A DNA stretch of 64,000 bases. Source: Candidatus Peregrinibacteria bacterium CG10_big_fil_rev_8_21_14_0_10_55_24. Its GTDB lineage: Bacteria; Patescibacteriota; Gracilibacteria; Peribacterales; Peribacteraceae. The translations under genes were made by a program, and so were the position numbers. How positions within the stretch are numbered: position 1 is the stretch's first letter; each line of letters begins with the position of its first letter. This document shows, piece by piece, positions 63,048 through 64,000 of this stretch. The stretch is taken from positions 21,828 through 85,827 of the forward strand of contig PFDV01000008.1 in NCBI GenBank assembly GCA_002772745.1, in the 5' to 3' direction. The notes beneath the pieces were generated by a model, which saw nothing but the letters and a program-made list of their open reading frames with translations, had not been told where the DNA came from and made no database searches.

Positions 63048-63076
63048 AGAGTACTCACTGACGGAAAAATCGTCAA
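63048..63076 (-). promoter_or_regulatory. Sigma-70-like promoter TTGACG-17-TACTCT upstream of rpmB
   Basis: Minus strand: TTGACG (63076..63071), a 17-nt spacer, TACTCT (63053..63048), then 11 nt to ATG 63036. Confidence 0.5.
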
Positions 63077-63084
63077 CGATTTCG

Positions 63085-63234
63085 CGGGAGAAGTGCGGGC
63101 AGTGCAGAAGCTGCGGGATGTACGAAACGCAAAAGCAATCGAGCCGCTGTTCACCTTCTGCACCTCCAGCACCTTCCGCACCTGCCAAACCTTCCTAACC
63201 TCCCAAACCTTCCACACCTCCTGCACCTGCGCTA
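63085..63234 (+). repeat. Inverted pair of 9-bp-period arrays in the rpmB/M50 divergent intergenic region (purine-type arm 63085..63129, pyrimidine-type arm 63154..63234)
   Basis: Right arm: ccttctgca cctccagca ccttccgca cctgccaaa ccttcctaa cctcccaaa ccttccaca cctcctgca cctgcgcta. Left arm: cgggagaag tgcgggcag tgcagaagc tgcgggatg tacgaaacg. Confidence 0.9.
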
Positions 63235-63250
63235 CACTCGCACCTCACCC

Positions 63251-63931
63251 ATGGCACTCTTCTCCAACATCGGCGAGTTCGCCCCCTTCGTCATCGCCAT
63301 TTTGATCGCGCTTTCCGTCCATGAATTCGCACACGGCCTCGTGGCACGACGCCTGGGTGACCCCACCGCCGAGACAGAGGGAAGACTCACCCTCAATCCC
63401 CTGGCACATCTCGATCCTTTGGGGACACTCATGTTCCTCTTTGTAGGATTCGGTTGGGGGAAACCTGTTCCCGTGAATCCCCTTTACTTCCGCCACCCCA
63501 AGCGCGACACCGCACTGGTGTCACTCGCGGGACCAGTGAGCAATCTGCTCCTCGCTTGGATCGGCTTTAGCGGACTCGTGCTGCTTGGCACCTCACAGCT
63601 GAACCCTTCGCTCCTGGGCATCATCAGAACGGGGTCCACGGGAGGCATTGTCCTGGTCATCGAACAGATCCTGCGCGACACGATCTTCATCAACCTGGCG
63701 CTGATGGCGTTCAACCTGCTTCCCATCGCCCCGCTGGATGGATCGAAAGTTCTCCATATGTTCATCCCGCTACGTTATGAGGATGCGTACGTGGAATTCA
63801 TGCGGCGCGGACCGTTTATTCTCCTGCTGCTCCTCATCGCAGACCAGCTTCTCAATATCCCCATCCTCTTCGGATGGATCATGGGCATTGTGGGACCGGT
63901 GGTTGCCCTGATGAATGCTGTAGGGGGGTGA
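63251..63931 (+). CDS. Site-2 protease family (peptidase M50) membrane metalloprotease
   Basis: LSVHEFAHGLVARRLGD (HExxH), NLLPIAPLDGSKV, and multiple transmembrane helices. Confidence 0.85.
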   Translation: MALFSNIGEFAPFVIAILIALSVHEFAHGLVARRLGDPTAETEGRLTLNPLAHLDPLGTLMFLFVGFGWGKPVPVNPLYFRHPKRDTALVSLAGPVSNLLLAWIGFSGLVLLGTSQLNPSLLGIIRTGSTGGIVLVIEQILRDTIFINLALMAFNLLPIAPLDGSKVLHMFIPLRYEDAYVEFMRRGPFILLLLLIADQLLNIPILFGWIMGIVGPVVALMNAVGG

Positions 63932-63999
63932 GTATGAAGTATGAAGTATGAAGTATCTAGTATAAGGAAGCTGGATACTGAATACTCAATACTCGATAC
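63929..63999 (+). repeat. Inverted pair of 7-bp tandem arrays (AGTATnn direct, then ATACTnn), truncated by the window edge
   Basis: Reads gtatgaa gtatgaa gtatgaa gtatc...tagtataagg aagctg gatactg aatactc aatactc gatact. The second block is the reverse complement of AGTAT-type units. Confidence 0.8.
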
Positions 64000-64000
64000 T

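Noticed and set aside
2678-63234. Interpreting the 9-bp arrays as a CRISPR array
   Set aside because: The units are contiguous 9-mers with no spacers, the period is far below the 25-50 nt of CRISPR repeats, and there are no cas genes.
63154-63234. Interpreting the 9-mers (for example ccttccaca, tctcccaca) as clustered DnaA boxes / oriC
   Set aside because: Only the CCACA tail of a few units matches TTATCCACA. The arrays occur at eight or more loci, including inside coding sequence. No dnaA, dnaN or AT-rich unwinding element is nearby.

Overview
This is a dense bacterial chromosomal window of about 75 genes, moderately G+C-rich and almost entirely housekeeping.

**Gene content**
- RNA modification: rlmH, a RumA-type methyltransferase, trmD.
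- Folate and thymidylate: folB-folK-folE, and folA-thyA.
- Export and redox: secD carrying an embedded parvulin domain, and a DipZ-like thiol-disulfide protein.
- Other core genes: nth, a DnaQ-like exonuclease, def, gatB, efp, a long-form guaA, gpmI.
- Regulation: two ECF sigma factors, one next to a FecR/DUF5667-type anti-sigma candidate.
- Envelope glycan genes: O-antigen-ligase-like, wecB, WecG/TagA, GT2, a nucleotidyltransferase, and a polyprenyl glycosylphosphotransferase that looks truncated.
- Energy: a flavodoxin-korA-[SLH protein]-korB cluster, and a complete V-type ATPase operon (G/H-like, I, K, E, C, F, A, B, [membrane ORF], D).
- Translation: rplT-rpmI-infC, prfB with the classical +1 frameshift (so UGA is a stop), tRNA-Ser(CGA), an ArfB-like GGQ protein, rpmB.
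- An M50 protease at the right end.

I saw no rRNA, CRISPR array, transposase, integrase or recognisable defence gene. I therefore cannot point to a novel multi-gene system.

**What stands out in the raw sequence**
1. A dispersed family of degenerate 9-bp-period pyrimidine/purine arrays. They sit in promoter-proximal intergenic regions and also in frame inside trmD, korA and the V-ATPase B gene. The trmD copy and the rpmB/M50 spacer share a 25-nt exact identity.
2. Analogous 6-bp and 7-bp arrays in other intergenic spacers.
3. TAnnnT (-10-like) boxes 6-12 nt upstream of many start codons, with no Shine-Dalgarno sequence. This suggests largely leaderless mRNAs.
4. An A+T-rich single-gene cassette, bounded by perfect 17-bp inverted repeats, next to trmD.
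5. A 635-codon cysteine-rich repeat protein at the left edge that the ORF track misses.
6. Several genes whose conserved N-termini lie upstream of any canonical start codon: infC, folK and a zinc-ribbon ORF.

Any taxonomic assignment (an uncultivated lineage) is inference only.
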